A stretch of DNA of 64,000 nt from an uncultured Gemmatimonadota bacterium (GTDB lineage Bacteria; Gemmatimonadota; Gemmatimonadetes; Palauibacterales; Palauibacteraceae). Below the pieces are notes generated by a model. The model worked only from the letters and a program-made list of their open reading frames with translations, did not search any database and was not told the origin of the DNA. The DNA lies in assembly GCA_964550085.1 (NCBI GenBank), contig CAZJXR010000001.1, positions 13,027 to 77,026 of the forward strand, read 5' to 3'. The stretch's first letter is position 1, and every line of letters starts with the position of its first letter. Made by a program: the position numbers and the translations under genes. Of the stretch, positions 11,250 through 20,567 are shown piece by piece.

Positions 11250-11833
11250 GTGCCTTTTTCTGTCTCCGGTCCGAGGATCGCCCGCAGGGCTCGGCGTCCG
11301 TGGTGGACGTGAGCCCGTGACGTGCCCTCGGCGATGTCGAGGATCTCGGCCACCTGCTGGTGACTGTACCCCTCCAAATCATACAGCGTTACGGCCAGTC
11401 GTTGCATCTCTGGCAGCTGAGCCAGCGCCGCGAGCACGCTTTCCCGGGCCAGCCGGCGCTCCAATTCGCGCTGCGGATTCGTGCTTCCCGACGCGCTGCG
11501 CGGCAGCGGATCGTGGTCGCGCAGCGCCTCTCGCCGCAACAGGTTCAGGCAGGTGCTTCGCAGCACCCGATAAAACCAGGGTCCGAACGGGCTGCCCGGC
11601 CGCAGCTGATCGATGCGCTCCAGGGCCCGAATGAACGCGCTCTGTAGCGCGTCCTCGGCGTCCTGCTGCTGCCGGAGAATAGACAGGGCGACCGCATAAC
11701 CGGGGTCCATGTATCGCTCGACCAGACGAGAAAAGGCGGACTGGTCGCCAGCCCGCACGGCATCCACGACCGCCGCCTCGTCCGCGAACCTCGCCGCGCG
11801 GCGTTCTTCATCTTCAGGAGTGGCTGCCGGCAA
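11246..11833 (-). CDS. ECF-subfamily RNA polymerase sigma-70 factor (start reassigned to TTG 11833)
   Basis: Sigma-70 region 2 (FSRLVERYMDPGYAVALSILRQQQDAEDALQSAFIRAL) and region 4 (YDLEGYSHQQVAEILDIAEGTSRAHVHHGRRAL). TTG at 11833 has a GGGGAG RBS 7 nt upstream and leaves room for an ECF promoter. Track ORF extends to 11962. Confidence 0.75.
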   Translation of the reverse strand: MPAATPEDEERRAARFADEAAVVDAVRAGDQSAFSRLVERYMDPGYAVALSILRQQQDAEDALQSAFIRALERIDQLRPGSPFGPWFYRVLRSTCLNLLRREALRDHDPLPRSASGSTNPQRELERRLARESVLAALAQLPEMQRLAVTLYDLEGYSHQQVAEILDIAEGTSRAHVHHGRRALRAILGPETEKGT

Positions 11834-11889
11834 GACGTCACTCCCCGAACCTTGCGCCCGGCTATGCGGCTGGGCACCCTTGTCTATGC

Positions 11890-11925
11890 GCACCCTTTTA
11901 ACACGCCTGTAACCGCGGACGTTGA
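11890..11925 (-). promoter_or_regulatory. ECF-type promoter candidate for sigma gene 11833..11246: reverse-strand AACGTC N15 CGTGTTAA
   Basis: Reverse strand reads tcAACGTCcgcggttacaggCGTGTTAAaaggg. AAC and CGT are the hallmark -35/-10 nucleotides of ECF promoters. Confidence 0.4.
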
Positions 11926-11953
11926 GCGGCAGCCGACCCGCCAGCGTGGCACT

Positions 11954-11981
11954 TAACGTCATCCCGGCCGGAGGCGTCTAA
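11954..11981 (+). promoter_or_regulatory. ECF-type promoter candidate for sigma gene 12059..12652: AACGTC N17 CGTCTAA
   Basis: ttAACGTCatcccggccggaggCGTCTAAggg, ~50 nt upstream of the second ECF sigma gene. The motif mirrors the divergent promoter. Confidence 0.45.
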
Positions 11982-12058
11982 GGGTCGACGCCGCGGCACG
12001 TCGCGACGGGTCCCGACGCTCATATGGCTCGGAGATCCGGTCGCGCGGGACCGGACCT

Positions 12059-12652
12059 GTGCGAGATCCGATGCTAGACGAGCGACGTGCCGTACAGCAA
12101 GCGCGGAGGGGAGACGATTCTGCATGGCGAACTCTCTACGAGAGTTACGCGGATTTCGTTTTCCGGCTCGCCGTGCGGAGGCTCGGCGACCGGGACGCCG
12201 CGCTGGATGTCGTGCAGGAGACCTTCCTGCGGGCGGCAACCGCCATCCGGGACTTTCGAGGGGATGCGACGTTCAAGAGCTGGATCGCCCGGATCGCGAT
12301 CAACGAGACGACGAGCCACCTGCGACGGGAAGCCCGACGCAAGCGGGCGCCCCTCGACACGGTCGAGCGAACGGCGGACAGCGCCGAGCGGCCGGACGAT
12401 CGGGCGGTGACGCACGACCTGGCGGCGCGGGCGCTGGCGTATATCCGGCGTCTGCCGGATCAACAGCGGGATGTGTTGCTGTTGCGCACGACGGAGGGCC
12501 TGTCGTACGCGGAGATTGCCAACATCCTCGGCTCGACCGAGGGGTCAGTGCGGGTCAGCTATCATCACGGGTTGCAGAAATTGAAGCGACATTTCGGTAG
12601 CACGAGCGAGCGGCGATCGCCGTCGCGTGCGGAAGGCGGAAACGCGCGATGA
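12059..12652 (+). CDS. ECF-subfamily RNA polymerase sigma-70 factor
   Basis: Region 2 (YESYADFVFRLAVRRLGDRDAALDVVQETFLRA) and region 4 (LLLRTTEGLSYAEIANILGSTEGSVRVSYHHGLQKL). Confidence 0.85.
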   Translation: MRDPMLDERRAVQQARRGDDSAWRTLYESYADFVFRLAVRRLGDRDAALDVVQETFLRAATAIRDFRGDATFKSWIARIAINETTSHLRREARRKRAPLDTVERTADSAERPDDRAVTHDLAARALAYIRRLPDQQRDVLLLRTTEGLSYAEIANILGSTEGSVRVSYHHGLQKLKRHFGSTSERRSPSRAEGGNAR

Positions 12653-13230
12653 GCATGAAACGCAGCGGGGAGCGACCCGCTGATCGGGAGCACGTCTCCG
12701 ATCAACTGCCCGACTATGTCCGGGGGGAGTTGACGAGCGAACAACGGACGCGCATCGAGGCACACTTGCGGGTCTGTCGTCCATGTGCCGAGGAACTCGA
12801 TCTGCTCGCGATGCTGGAGGAGGCGCCGCCCCCCGTCTTGACGGCCGAGGAGCGGGAGGAGCTCTTCTCTCCACTCGCGATCCGTCCCGAGCGTCGGCGC
12901 GCCGACTGGCGCAGCGGCCTGTGGAAGGCGGCCGCTGCGATCGCAGTGGTCGCCACCGGTTACGGCGCGTGGCAGGTATACCTCGCGGGCGGGGCTGTCG
13001 GGGAAGGGTGGGGGGTGGCGGCAGTCCTCCAGGCGTGGGAAGACGATGTGCGGGAGATCGATCCATCGTACGCGGAGGCGAGCCTGCTGTTGACCTATCT
13101 GGATCCCGGGGCGTCCGAGCTCGACTACGCGGAGGACGTCGACTTCGAGGCACAGATGACGGGGCTGCCGGACGACCTGGATGTCGGCGTGCTGGACGGC
13201 ATCGATGTGCCGTGGGAGGAGGGAAGATGA
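12649..13230 (+). CDS. Anti-sigma factor with zf-HC2 zinc finger, single TM
   Basis: HLRVCRPCAEEL (HxxxCxxC), TM WKAAAAIAVVATGYGAW, ATGA overlap with the sigma gene. Confidence 0.75.
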   Translation: MSMKRSGERPADREHVSDQLPDYVRGELTSEQRTRIEAHLRVCRPCAEELDLLAMLEEAPPPVLTAEEREELFSPLAIRPERRRADWRSGLWKAAAAIAVVATGYGAWQVYLAGGAVGEGWGVAAVLQAWEDDVREIDPSYAEASLLLTYLDPGASELDYAEDVDFEAQMTGLPDDLDVGVLDGIDVPWEEGR

Positions 13231-13922
13231 GCGGACCGATGGGCGGGTCGAGGACCCGGGGCCGGAGGTGGATCGGCGTACTGCTCGGACTGGCGCTCGT
13301 CAGCGGAGCGCCGCTCCGGGCTCAGGAAACGGAACCGGGCGAGGCGACCCCGGACGACCGCTACGACACCGGTCTCATGAGTCTCACCGAGGTCCAGCAG
13401 CGGCAGCTCCAGGAGCTCGAGCGCCGCTTTCTGGACCGGGTGTCCGAGGCGTTGGAGCTGAGCGAGGAACAGCGGCAGCGTCTGGAGGCCACGTTGCGCG
13501 AGAGCCGGGCCCAGCGCCTCGAGCTGGTGCAGCAGCGGACCGTCCTGCGGGAGGAGCTGGACCTTCTGATCGCCGAGCCGAATCCGGATCAGGAGACGAT
13601 CCAGCAGCTGCTGGATCGGCGCTCGACGCTCGACGAGCGGCAGGTACAGATCGGCCGGACGGAGGAGGAACGGCTGGGCGAATTCATGTCGCCGGTGCAG
13701 ACGGCACGCTTCATGTACCTCCGTCAGAAGATGGTACAGGCACTGCGTGATCGCGTCCGTCAGGTCGCACGACCGCAGGCGGGTGAGCGGCCGCGGCGGC
13801 CGGCGGCATCCGATCGGCCGCGGGTTACCGACGAAGCGGGCGACCGCGCTCTGCGACCCGATGGTGGCTCCGCCACCCCGGTACGGGACCGGGCCGCAAC
13901 CGGGAGCCCGGATCGGCCGTGA
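13227..13922 (+). CDS. Periplasmic Spy/CpxP-like LTXXQ-motif protein
   Basis: In-frame ATG at 13227 (ATGA overlap with the anti-sigma stop). Signal RRWIGVLLGLALVSGAPLRAQ. Repeated helices LTEVQQRQLQELERRF and LSEEQRQRLEATL. Confidence 0.55.
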   Translation: MSGPMGGSRTRGRRWIGVLLGLALVSGAPLRAQETEPGEATPDDRYDTGLMSLTEVQQRQLQELERRFLDRVSEALELSEEQRQRLEATLRESRAQRLELVQQRTVLREELDLLIAEPNPDQETIQQLLDRRSTLDERQVQIGRTEEERLGEFMSPVQTARFMYLRQKMVQALRDRVRQVARPQAGERPRRPAASDRPRVTDEAGDRALRPDGGSATPVRDRAATGSPDRP

Positions 13923-13965
13923 TCGGGGCGGCGTTGACCGGACAGCCCGAGAGCTCGGCCCTTCG

Positions 13966-14874
13966 GTGACAGGCCCGGCGTCGACCGGAGAAGGCGAATT
14001 CCCACCGCTTGGCGCGCACGTCTCGATCGCCGGCGGCATCAGCGAAGCGCCGGCGCGCGCCGTGCAGATCGGTGCCACCACCCTTCAGATCTTTACCAAA
14101 CAGCCGCAGCGCTGGGCGGAACCGACTCTCGCCGACGACGAGGTCGCCGCCTTCACCCGGGCCGTTCGGGAGGCAGATCTCCACCCCATCGCGGTGCACG
14201 ACAGCTACCTGATCAACCTCGCGTCGCGCGACCCGGCACTGTTCAAACGCTCGCGGCGTGCGTTCGAGGCCGAACTCGAGCGCTGCCAGCAGCTGGGCGC
14301 CGATTTTCTCGTCACCCATCCCGGCAACGCCACCGGCGGCGATCGCCAGGCCGCGCTTCGGCAGAATGGGACGGCGATTGCAGCGGCGCTCGATCGCCAC
14401 CCCGGCCGCTCGCGGGTGCTGATCGAGACCACTGCCGGCAGTGGGTCCGCCCTCGGATGGCGCTTCGAAGAGCTCGCCGGCCTGATCGACCGGATCGGGA
14501 TCCGTCACCGGGACAGAATCGGAGTGTGCTTCGATACCGCACACGTGTTCGCGGCCGGTTACGACCTTCGAGACGATTTCGATGGAGTCATCGCCGAGTT
14601 CGATTCCGTCGTCGGCCTGGACCGACTGGCTCTCTTTCACGTGAACGACTCACGGGCGGCACGTGGCAGTCGGGTCGATCGACACGCCGACATCGGGAAG
14701 GGATGCCTCGGCAAGCCGGCGTTCGCGGCCCTCATGCAGCATGCGGCGCTGCGCGCGATTCCCCGCATCATCGAGACGCCGAAGGGAAGTGACGCGACGG
14801 CGGCCGATCGCCGAAACCTCGACCGTCTGCGCTCTCTGGGCTCAGCGGCGCTGCGCACCTATCCGGCACGGTAG
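13966..14874 (+). CDS. nfo: Deoxyribonuclease IV (endonuclease IV, AP endonuclease family 2)
   Basis: GAHVSIAGGISEAPARAVQIGATTLQIFTKQPQRW closely mirrors the Nfo N-terminus. HD/E metal-binding motifs are present. Start set to GTG 13966; the track ORF begins at 13747, overlapping the upstream gene. Confidence 0.75.
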   Translation: MTGPASTGEGEFPPLGAHVSIAGGISEAPARAVQIGATTLQIFTKQPQRWAEPTLADDEVAAFTRAVREADLHPIAVHDSYLINLASRDPALFKRSRRAFEAELERCQQLGADFLVTHPGNATGGDRQAALRQNGTAIAAALDRHPGRSRVLIETTAGSGSALGWRFEELAGLIDRIGIRHRDRIGVCFDTAHVFAAGYDLRDDFDGVIAEFDSVVGLDRLALFHVNDSRAARGSRVDRHADIGKGCLGKPAFAALMQHAALRAIPRIIETPKGSDATAADRRNLDRLRSLGSAALRTYPAR

Positions 14875-14989
14875 ACCGGCGGACTCGCTTGCTCTCCGCG
14901 GGTCGCAGGTTCATTTTGGCCGGCGGGGAGCTCGACTCATCCCCGCCGGCTATGATCTTCACCCAGTCCACGCAGGTCTCGAACCGCCG

Positions 14990-15538
14990 ATGAGCGAACA
15001 GAGCGAATTCCCGGTCGGGTACGACGCGCTTCCGAGCGGCGAACTGGGCGTCGCGGCGCGCACGCTGATCGAGGAACGGTTGCGCGGCGTTCGCAAATCG
15101 GTCGGACGCGACCTCACGCCGATCGATATCGTGCTCAACCCCAGCCGTCCGGCGGCGCGCAAGCACCTGTTCGAGGAAGCGTGCGAGCTGTACTGGAACG
15201 AGCTGAACTGGGAGGAGCTCACCGATGAAGAGATGGTCGATGGGGGAGAGTTGACCGAGATGATCTTCCCGGGTCTGCTCGCCTTCGTGGACGCCCTGCT
15301 TCCGCGAGCGCGCAACGGAGAGCCCGATCGCGACCGGGAGCATCGGGACGTGGCCCACGATTTCCTGCTCTGGCTTGGCGGTCGCCTGGTGGAGCTCCGG
15401 AATGCGAAGGGCAACGGCCCGGACGAGCGGTTGCGGTGCCGGCGAGAGGCGGCGATCACGGACGAGCTGATCGACCTCATCACATACCGACTCTATTCGC
15501 TCGACGGCGCGGAGATCGAACGCCTCCGTCGGAGGTAA
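14990..15538 (+). CDS. Hypothetical protein
   Basis: 182 aa from ATG 14990 inside track ORF 14663..15538. The opposing 14768..15901 ORF is Ser/Arg-rich junk. No recognised domain. Confidence 0.4.
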   Translation: MSEQSEFPVGYDALPSGELGVAARTLIEERLRGVRKSVGRDLTPIDIVLNPSRPAARKHLFEEACELYWNELNWEELTDEEMVDGGELTEMIFPGLLAFVDALLPRARNGEPDRDREHRDVAHDFLLWLGGRLVELRNAKGNGPDERLRCRREAAITDELIDLITYRLYSLDGAEIERLRRR

Positions 15539-15626
15539 CCGCGCGCGGCTGGACACCCTCACGCCCCCTCCGTACATTCCGGCCCTCCCAACCCCACTGC
15601 ACGGTTCGACCTCACGGAAGACAGAA

Positions 15627-16376
15627 GTGAACACGATCGTCTGCATCAAGCGTGTGCCCGACACCGAAACGCGCGTGCGAGTCGGCAGCGACGGAAGGAG
15701 CATCGATCCGTCGGGCGTGAAGTACGTACTGAACCCGTACGATGAGTTCGCGCTCGAGGAAGCGCTCCGCCTCCGGGAGGAGGCGGGGGAGGGTTCGGTC
15801 ACCGTCATGACGCTGGGCGGAGACGATGCGCGAGAGACGCTCCGCACCGCTCTCGCCATGGGTGCCGACCAAGCGGTTCTGCTCAGGGCCGTCCCGACCA
15901 TGGATGCACTTCCGGTCGCGCGGGCGCTGACCGACGCGATCAGACCACGGTCTTACGACCTGCTGCTGTTCGGCAAGCAGGCGGTCGACGACGACAACAT
16001 GCAGGTGCCGCCGATGGTGGCCGAGTTGCTCGAGTTGCCGAGCGCCACGGTGGTCGTCGATCTCGAAGTGTCCGATCGCCGGGTGGTGGCCAGGCGCGAG
16101 ATCGAAGGCGGTCACGAGGTGGTGGAGTTCGAGCTGCCAGGGCTCGTCTCCGCGCAGAAGGGACTGAACGAGCCCCGCTACCCGAGCCTGAAGGGCATCA
16201 TGGCCGCCAAGAAGAAGCCGCTCGAAGAGGTGGACGTCGAGCTGGCGGAACCGCGACTCGAGGTGCGCGCCATCGAGCTGCCGCCCGAGCGCACCGGCGG
16301 CGGATACAAGGGAGAAGGTCCCGACGCGGTGCCCGAGCTCGTTCGCCGGTTGCGGGAAGAGGCGAGGGCGATATGA
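15627..16376 (+). CDS. etfB: Electron transfer flavoprotein beta subunit
   Basis: MNTIVCIKRVPDTETRV... canonical EtfB N-terminus. GTG start. Confidence 0.9.
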   Translation: MNTIVCIKRVPDTETRVRVGSDGRSIDPSGVKYVLNPYDEFALEEALRLREEAGEGSVTVMTLGGDDARETLRTALAMGADQAVLLRAVPTMDALPVARALTDAIRPRSYDLLLFGKQAVDDDNMQVPPMVAELLELPSATVVVDLEVSDRRVVARREIEGGHEVVEFELPGLVSAQKGLNEPRYPSLKGIMAAKKKPLEEVDVELAEPRLEVRAIELPPERTGGGYKGEGPDAVPELVRRLREEARAI

Positions 16377-17356
16377 GCGACGTCCTCGCCGTTGCCGAGC
16401 TGCGCGAAGGCGCACTGCGAGCCGTATCCCGGGAGACGATGGCCGCGGCGCGCGGGATCGCCGACTCGATCGGCGGCTCGGTGGATGGGATCGCCCTCGG
16501 TCCTCCCGGCACCGCCGACGCGGTGATCGAGCTCGGCCGGTTCGGCGCCGATCGAATCCTGGTCGCCGAGGACGACGCGTTCCGCCATTATCACTCCGAC
16601 GCGTGGCTGCGGGCGCTCGAGCAGGTGGTCGGAGAAGGCGAATACGCCGCGATCCTCCTTCCGGCCTCGGTCCTCGGCAAGGACCTGGCGCCTCGACTTG
16701 CGGTGCGGCTCGATCTCCCTCTCGCCACCGAGGTAACCGAGATCGCGGTCGAGGACGGAATTCCGGTGGTGACGCGACCGGTGTATGCGGGCAAGGCGCT
16801 GGCCCGGGTCGCGTTCGCGGCCGCGCCGGCCCTGATCAGCATCCGGCCAAACGTGTTCAGCGCCCAGACGCGCACCGCGTCGGCGCGCGTGGAGACCATC
16901 GCCATCCCCGCCGAGCCTCGCCGCCAGCGCGTGGTGGGGATCGAGCGGGCGGAGCGCGAGAAGCTCGACGTTTCGGAAGCCACGGTCATCGTCTCCGGAG
17001 GCCGCGGTATGCAAGATCCATCGAACTGGGGAATCCTCGAGGAACTGGCCGAGGCGCTCGGCCCGGAGGCGACGATCGGGGCCAGCCGCGCGGTCGTCGA
17101 TGCCGGCTGGCGCCCGCACGCGGAGCAGGTCGGTCAGACCGGCAAGGTGGTGTCGCCCGACCTGTACTTCGCGATCGGGATCAGCGGTGCGATCCAACAC
17201 CTGGCCGGCATGCGGACGGCCAAGCTCATCGTTGCCGTGAACCGGGATCCCGACGCGCCGATATTCAGCGTCGCCGACTACGGAATCGTCGGCGACCTGT
17301 TCGAGATCGTTCCCCGGCTCACCGAGGAGATCCGCAAGGCGCGCACCTCTGCGTAG
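16373..17356 (+). CDS. etfA: Electron transfer flavoprotein alpha subunit
   Basis: FAD-binding C-terminal domain (VSPDLYFAIGISGAIQHLAGM). ATGA overlap with etfB. Confidence 0.9.
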   Translation: MSDVLAVAELREGALRAVSRETMAAARGIADSIGGSVDGIALGPPGTADAVIELGRFGADRILVAEDDAFRHYHSDAWLRALEQVVGEGEYAAILLPASVLGKDLAPRLAVRLDLPLATEVTEIAVEDGIPVVTRPVYAGKALARVAFAAAPALISIRPNVFSAQTRTASARVETIAIPAEPRRQRVVGIERAEREKLDVSEATVIVSGGRGMQDPSNWGILEELAEALGPEATIGASRAVVDAGWRPHAEQVGQTGKVVSPDLYFAIGISGAIQHLAGMRTAKLIVAVNRDPDAPIFSVADYGIVGDLFEIVPRLTEEIRKARTSA

Positions 17357-17371
17357 CTGCACACCAGCGGC

Positions 17372-17863
17372 TTACGAAACTCGCTCGGTGCTGTCGCCGG
17401 CGGCGGGCGAGCCCAGCCGCCTCTGCACGCAGCGGCCGAAGCGGCCGAGGACGATGTCCGCCAGGCCGTGCACCAGCCCGAGTCGGCCGAGGACGGCCAG
17501 TGCACCGGAAAGGGTGACCGTTTGGTCGACGTCCACTCGCGTGGTTGAGTCGTCCAGCCGGGTCAGCGTGCTGGTCATCCGCATCTGTGCCGCCGCGCTG
17601 CCCCGTTCGCTCCGAGCGTCGCCCGACATTTCCACCCTGTATTGACTGTCGTCGATGAGGTCGAAGCGGATCACTCCACGAAGCGTGGCCGCAAGTGGTC
17701 CAGCCGTGATTCCCACTTCGCCCTCGAAGCTGTGGTCGTCGATCCGGCGCACCAGTCTGGCGCCCGGCATGCAGGGCACGAAGCGCGCCGGATCGAGGAG
17801 GAAGTCCCACACCACGTCCAGCGGACGCGCTACGTCGAACCGATTCGTGATTCGGATCGCCAT
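17372..17863 (-). CDS. coxG: SRPBCC-family protein, CoxG-like (carbon monoxide dehydrogenase subunit G family)
   Basis: MAIRITNRFDVARPLDVVWDFLLDP... resembles the CoxG/polyketide cyclase-like fold. Start at the internal ATG. Confidence 0.6.
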   Translation of the reverse strand: MAIRITNRFDVARPLDVVWDFLLDPARFVPCMPGARLVRRIDDHSFEGEVGITAGPLAATLRGVIRFDLIDDSQYRVEMSGDARSERGSAAAQMRMTSTLTRLDDSTTRVDVDQTVTLSGALAVLGRLGLVHGLADIVLGRFGRCVQRRLGSPAAGDSTERVS

Positions 17864-18036
17864 GGCAGAGAAGCTGCCTTCCCCTCCCGCACCGGTCAAA
17901 CCGCGTCCGGGCTCGCGGGGTTGGCCTCGGTGGCACGGCTCGATAAGCTGAGGACGAGGAGCGGCTCAGGGTTGCGGACCGCACTGTCGGGGTCTCGCGC
18001 CGTCGATCCGCGACGCGTTTGGAGAGTCGACGACGA

Positions 18037-19074
18037 ATGAGTTTGAGGGAAGTGCTGGAACCGCTGCGGCGCTGGGGCGCCGACGGAGGCGCGACCGCGG
18101 TCGCGACCCTGTATCGGGTCCGTCGCTCCGCCCCGCGGCCGCCTGGCGCCCGATTCGCAGCCAGCGAGCGGGGCGACATCGCGGGCTCGATCTCGAGCGG
18201 CTGCGTGGAGGGCGATCTGTTCGAGCGACTTCAGCAGGTGATCGCCACCGGCGAGCCGGCTGTCATCGAGTACGGCATCAGCGACGAGATGGCGGCCGGC
18301 GTGGGCCTCTCCTGTGGCGGCGAGATCGCCGTACTGCTGACGCCTCACGATCCGACGCGTCCCGTGTGGTCCGTCGTCGCGGATGCGATGGCGTCGGGCG
18401 AGGCGTGCGTGCTGGTGACGGGAATCTCCGAACAGGTACGGGGTAGCGCGCTGCTCGTGCGGGCGGACGGGTCCGTGGTGGGCGAGCTGGGGGTCGCCGG
18501 TCTGCTCTTGCAGGTACCGGCGAGCGTGGCGCCGATGTTCGACACGGGCGGCACGCGCTCGTTCGAGATCGCGGGGCACGAGCTGTTTGCCGAGGCCTTC
18601 CTGCCTCCGGCACGCGTAGCGATCATCGGGGCGTCGCCCGTGTCGGAAGCCCTCTGCCACCTGGCGGCGTGGGCCGGGCTCGAGGTGACGGTCATCGACC
18701 CGCGCCAGGCGCTGGCGCCGCCGGAGCGCTTCCCCGATGCGCGGGCGGTCTTCCACGACTGGCCCCGCGAGGGCCTGGAACGGCTGCGGCTCGACCGGTA
18801 CCTGAACGTCGTGGTCCTCGCTCACGACCCGAAGCTCGACATTCCCGCGCTGGCCGCGGCGCTCGAGGCCGGATGTCTCTACGTCGGTTTGCTGGGCGGC
18901 GGCCGGACCCAGAAGCTGCGGCGCGCGGCGCTCGCCGAGCTCGGATTCGGGGAGGAAGCGCTCGGCCGAATCCGGGGACCGGTCGGCCTCGACATCGGCG
19001 CCGACACCCCGGTGGAGATCGCGCTTTCCATCATGGCCGAGCTGGTGGCGGTCCGCCACGGCGCGCATCCGTGA
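18037..19074 (+). CDS. xdhC: XdhC/CoxI-family molybdoenzyme maturation factor
   Basis: N-terminal XdhC_CoxI domain (ISSGCVEGDLFE) and C-terminal Rossmann-like domain (RVAIIGASPVSEAL). Confidence 0.8.
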   Translation: MSLREVLEPLRRWGADGGATAVATLYRVRRSAPRPPGARFAASERGDIAGSISSGCVEGDLFERLQQVIATGEPAVIEYGISDEMAAGVGLSCGGEIAVLLTPHDPTRPVWSVVADAMASGEACVLVTGISEQVRGSALLVRADGSVVGELGVAGLLLQVPASVAPMFDTGGTRSFEIAGHELFAEAFLPPARVAIIGASPVSEALCHLAAWAGLEVTVIDPRQALAPPERFPDARAVFHDWPREGLERLRLDRYLNVVVLAHDPKLDIPALAAALEAGCLYVGLLGGGRTQKLRRAALAELGFGEEALGRIRGPVGLDIGADTPVEIALSIMAELVAVRHGAHP

Positions 19075-19697
19075 CCCCCGGCAGGATCGCAGGCATCGTC
19101 CTCGCCGCCGGCGAGTCGCGGAGGATGGAAGGCCTCCCCAAGATCCTGCTCCCGTTCGGGTCGGGAACGGTGCTCGACGCCGTGATCCGCACCGCCCGCC
19201 GCGGAGGCCTGCAGCCGCTCATCGTGGTGGCAGGGCTCGAAGCCGATTCGGTGCGCGCCTCCGTCGAACGGTCCGGCTTGCCGGTCGACCGCGTGGTCGA
19301 GAACCGGGGGTTCCGCGACGGGATCGCGACCTCGCTGGCGGCCGGCCTCGGGGTGCTGGTGGAGACAGAAGGCGTGGATGCCGCGGTCGTCCTCCTCGGC
19401 GACGAGCCCGGGGTCCGGGCCGAGGCCATCCGCGCCGCGGTGGGTGCGTGGGTGCGGACGGGCGCCCCGGTCGTGCGGGCCGTCTACCGAGACCGCCCCG
19501 GACACCCGGTGCTCCTCTCACGGGCAACGTTCGATGTCGCGCGCGAGCTGAGGGGCAATTCGAGCCTCGTCGATCAGCTCGGCGCGGCCGGATTCAAGCC
19601 GTTCGTCGCCAAACTGCCGATGGAGGCGCCGATCGATGTGGATACGCCGGCCGACTACCGGCGGGCGCTCGAGTCGAGCGCTGGCGCGTCTCCCTGA
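19071..19697 (+). CDS. mocA: Molybdenum cofactor cytidylyltransferase (MocA) / NTP-transferase
   Basis: IAGIVLAAGESRRMEGLPKILLPF nucleotidyltransferase motif. GTG start overlapping the xdhC stop (GTGA). Confidence 0.7.
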   Translation: MTPGRIAGIVLAAGESRRMEGLPKILLPFGSGTVLDAVIRTARRGGLQPLIVVAGLEADSVRASVERSGLPVDRVVENRGFRDGIATSLAAGLGVLVETEGVDAAVVLLGDEPGVRAEAIRAAVGAWVRTGAPVVRAVYRDRPGHPVLLSRATFDVARELRGNSSLVDQLGAAGFKPFVAKLPMEAPIDVDTPADYRRALESSAGASP

Positions 19698-19736
19698 ACG
19701 GGAGGGTCTGAGCCGATACGGGCTCCGCGTGGATCC

Positions 19737-20567
19737 CTATGAAGCGGGCGCGACCTGCGAGCGACGAAACGCTTCGAGACGCTGCCGGGCCTCGCGGATC
19801 TCGGCATCGGTGAACAGGCCCCGCTGCTGCGCGGCGAGCAGGTCTTCCAGCTGCTCCTCGCTGACGAAGGCCATCTCGACCGCCAGCTCCCCGAACCGCT
19901 TTCCAGGTTGACGTCTCTGTTCCATCAGCACGCGCGCCACCGCCTCGGGATCCATCACGTTCCGCACGATGGCGACCGTCCCGAGCATGAAGTGTCGCGG
20001 AATCGCTACGTCGCGGTCCGTCTCGCTCTCGGGCTCGCCTTGTGCAGCCCGCTCACCCTCGTTTTCCGGTCGGCCATCGCGTGGCGCAACGGTGCTCGAA
20101 CTGTCGTCGGTCGCGGCGACGGCGACGTCGTCCTGCCCCTCTTCATCATCCACCACCACCGCACCCTCGGGCCCATCTACGGAGTCCTTTTGCCACCGCC
20201 CCGCGACCGTCGACCACAGAGATTTGCGATCCGCTGCTTCGTTCTCGTCATCCAGATCGGCGCTGCCATTCCGGCTCGGCGTCTCTCCCCGCACGCGAGC
20301 GGTCGAGGACGGAGGAGCGGCGATCTGCGGCCCAACCGGGCCCGGAGACGCAGCCGCCAGAGAGGACAGGAATTCGGCCTGGACACGCGCGAGCTGTCGC
20401 ACGCTGAGCAGATGTACGGCGTAAAGCCCGAGAATCGCCCCCAGATACACGAGCCACTGGTCCTCGATCAGCCAGGCTGAGGCTGCCACCGCAGCCATCA
20501 GGGCAACGACCGCCCAGGTGTAGCGAGTGCCTTGTGCTTTCATCGCGCTCACGCTCGCACTTTCCAT
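19737..20567 (-). CDS. Membrane protein with C-terminal GspE-N/MshEN-like domain (putative c-di-GMP receptor)
   Basis: Two N-terminal TM helices, an acidic low-complexity linker, and a C-terminus (MLGTVAIVRNVMDPEAVARVLMEQ / RFGELAVEMAFVSEEQLEDLLAAQQ) matching the tandem 24-residue MshEN motif RLGxxLLxxGLLxxxxLxxxLxxQ. Confidence 0.5.
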   Translation of the reverse strand: MESASVSAMKAQGTRYTWAVVALMAAVAASAWLIEDQWLVYLGAILGLYAVHLLSVRQLARVQAEFLSSLAAASPGPVGPQIAAPPSSTARVRGETPSRNGSADLDDENEAADRKSLWSTVAGRWQKDSVDGPEGAVVVDDEEGQDDVAVAATDDSSSTVAPRDGRPENEGERAAQGEPESETDRDVAIPRHFMLGTVAIVRNVMDPEAVARVLMEQRRQPGKRFGELAVEMAFVSEEQLEDLLAAQQRGLFTDAEIREARQRLEAFRRSQVAPAS

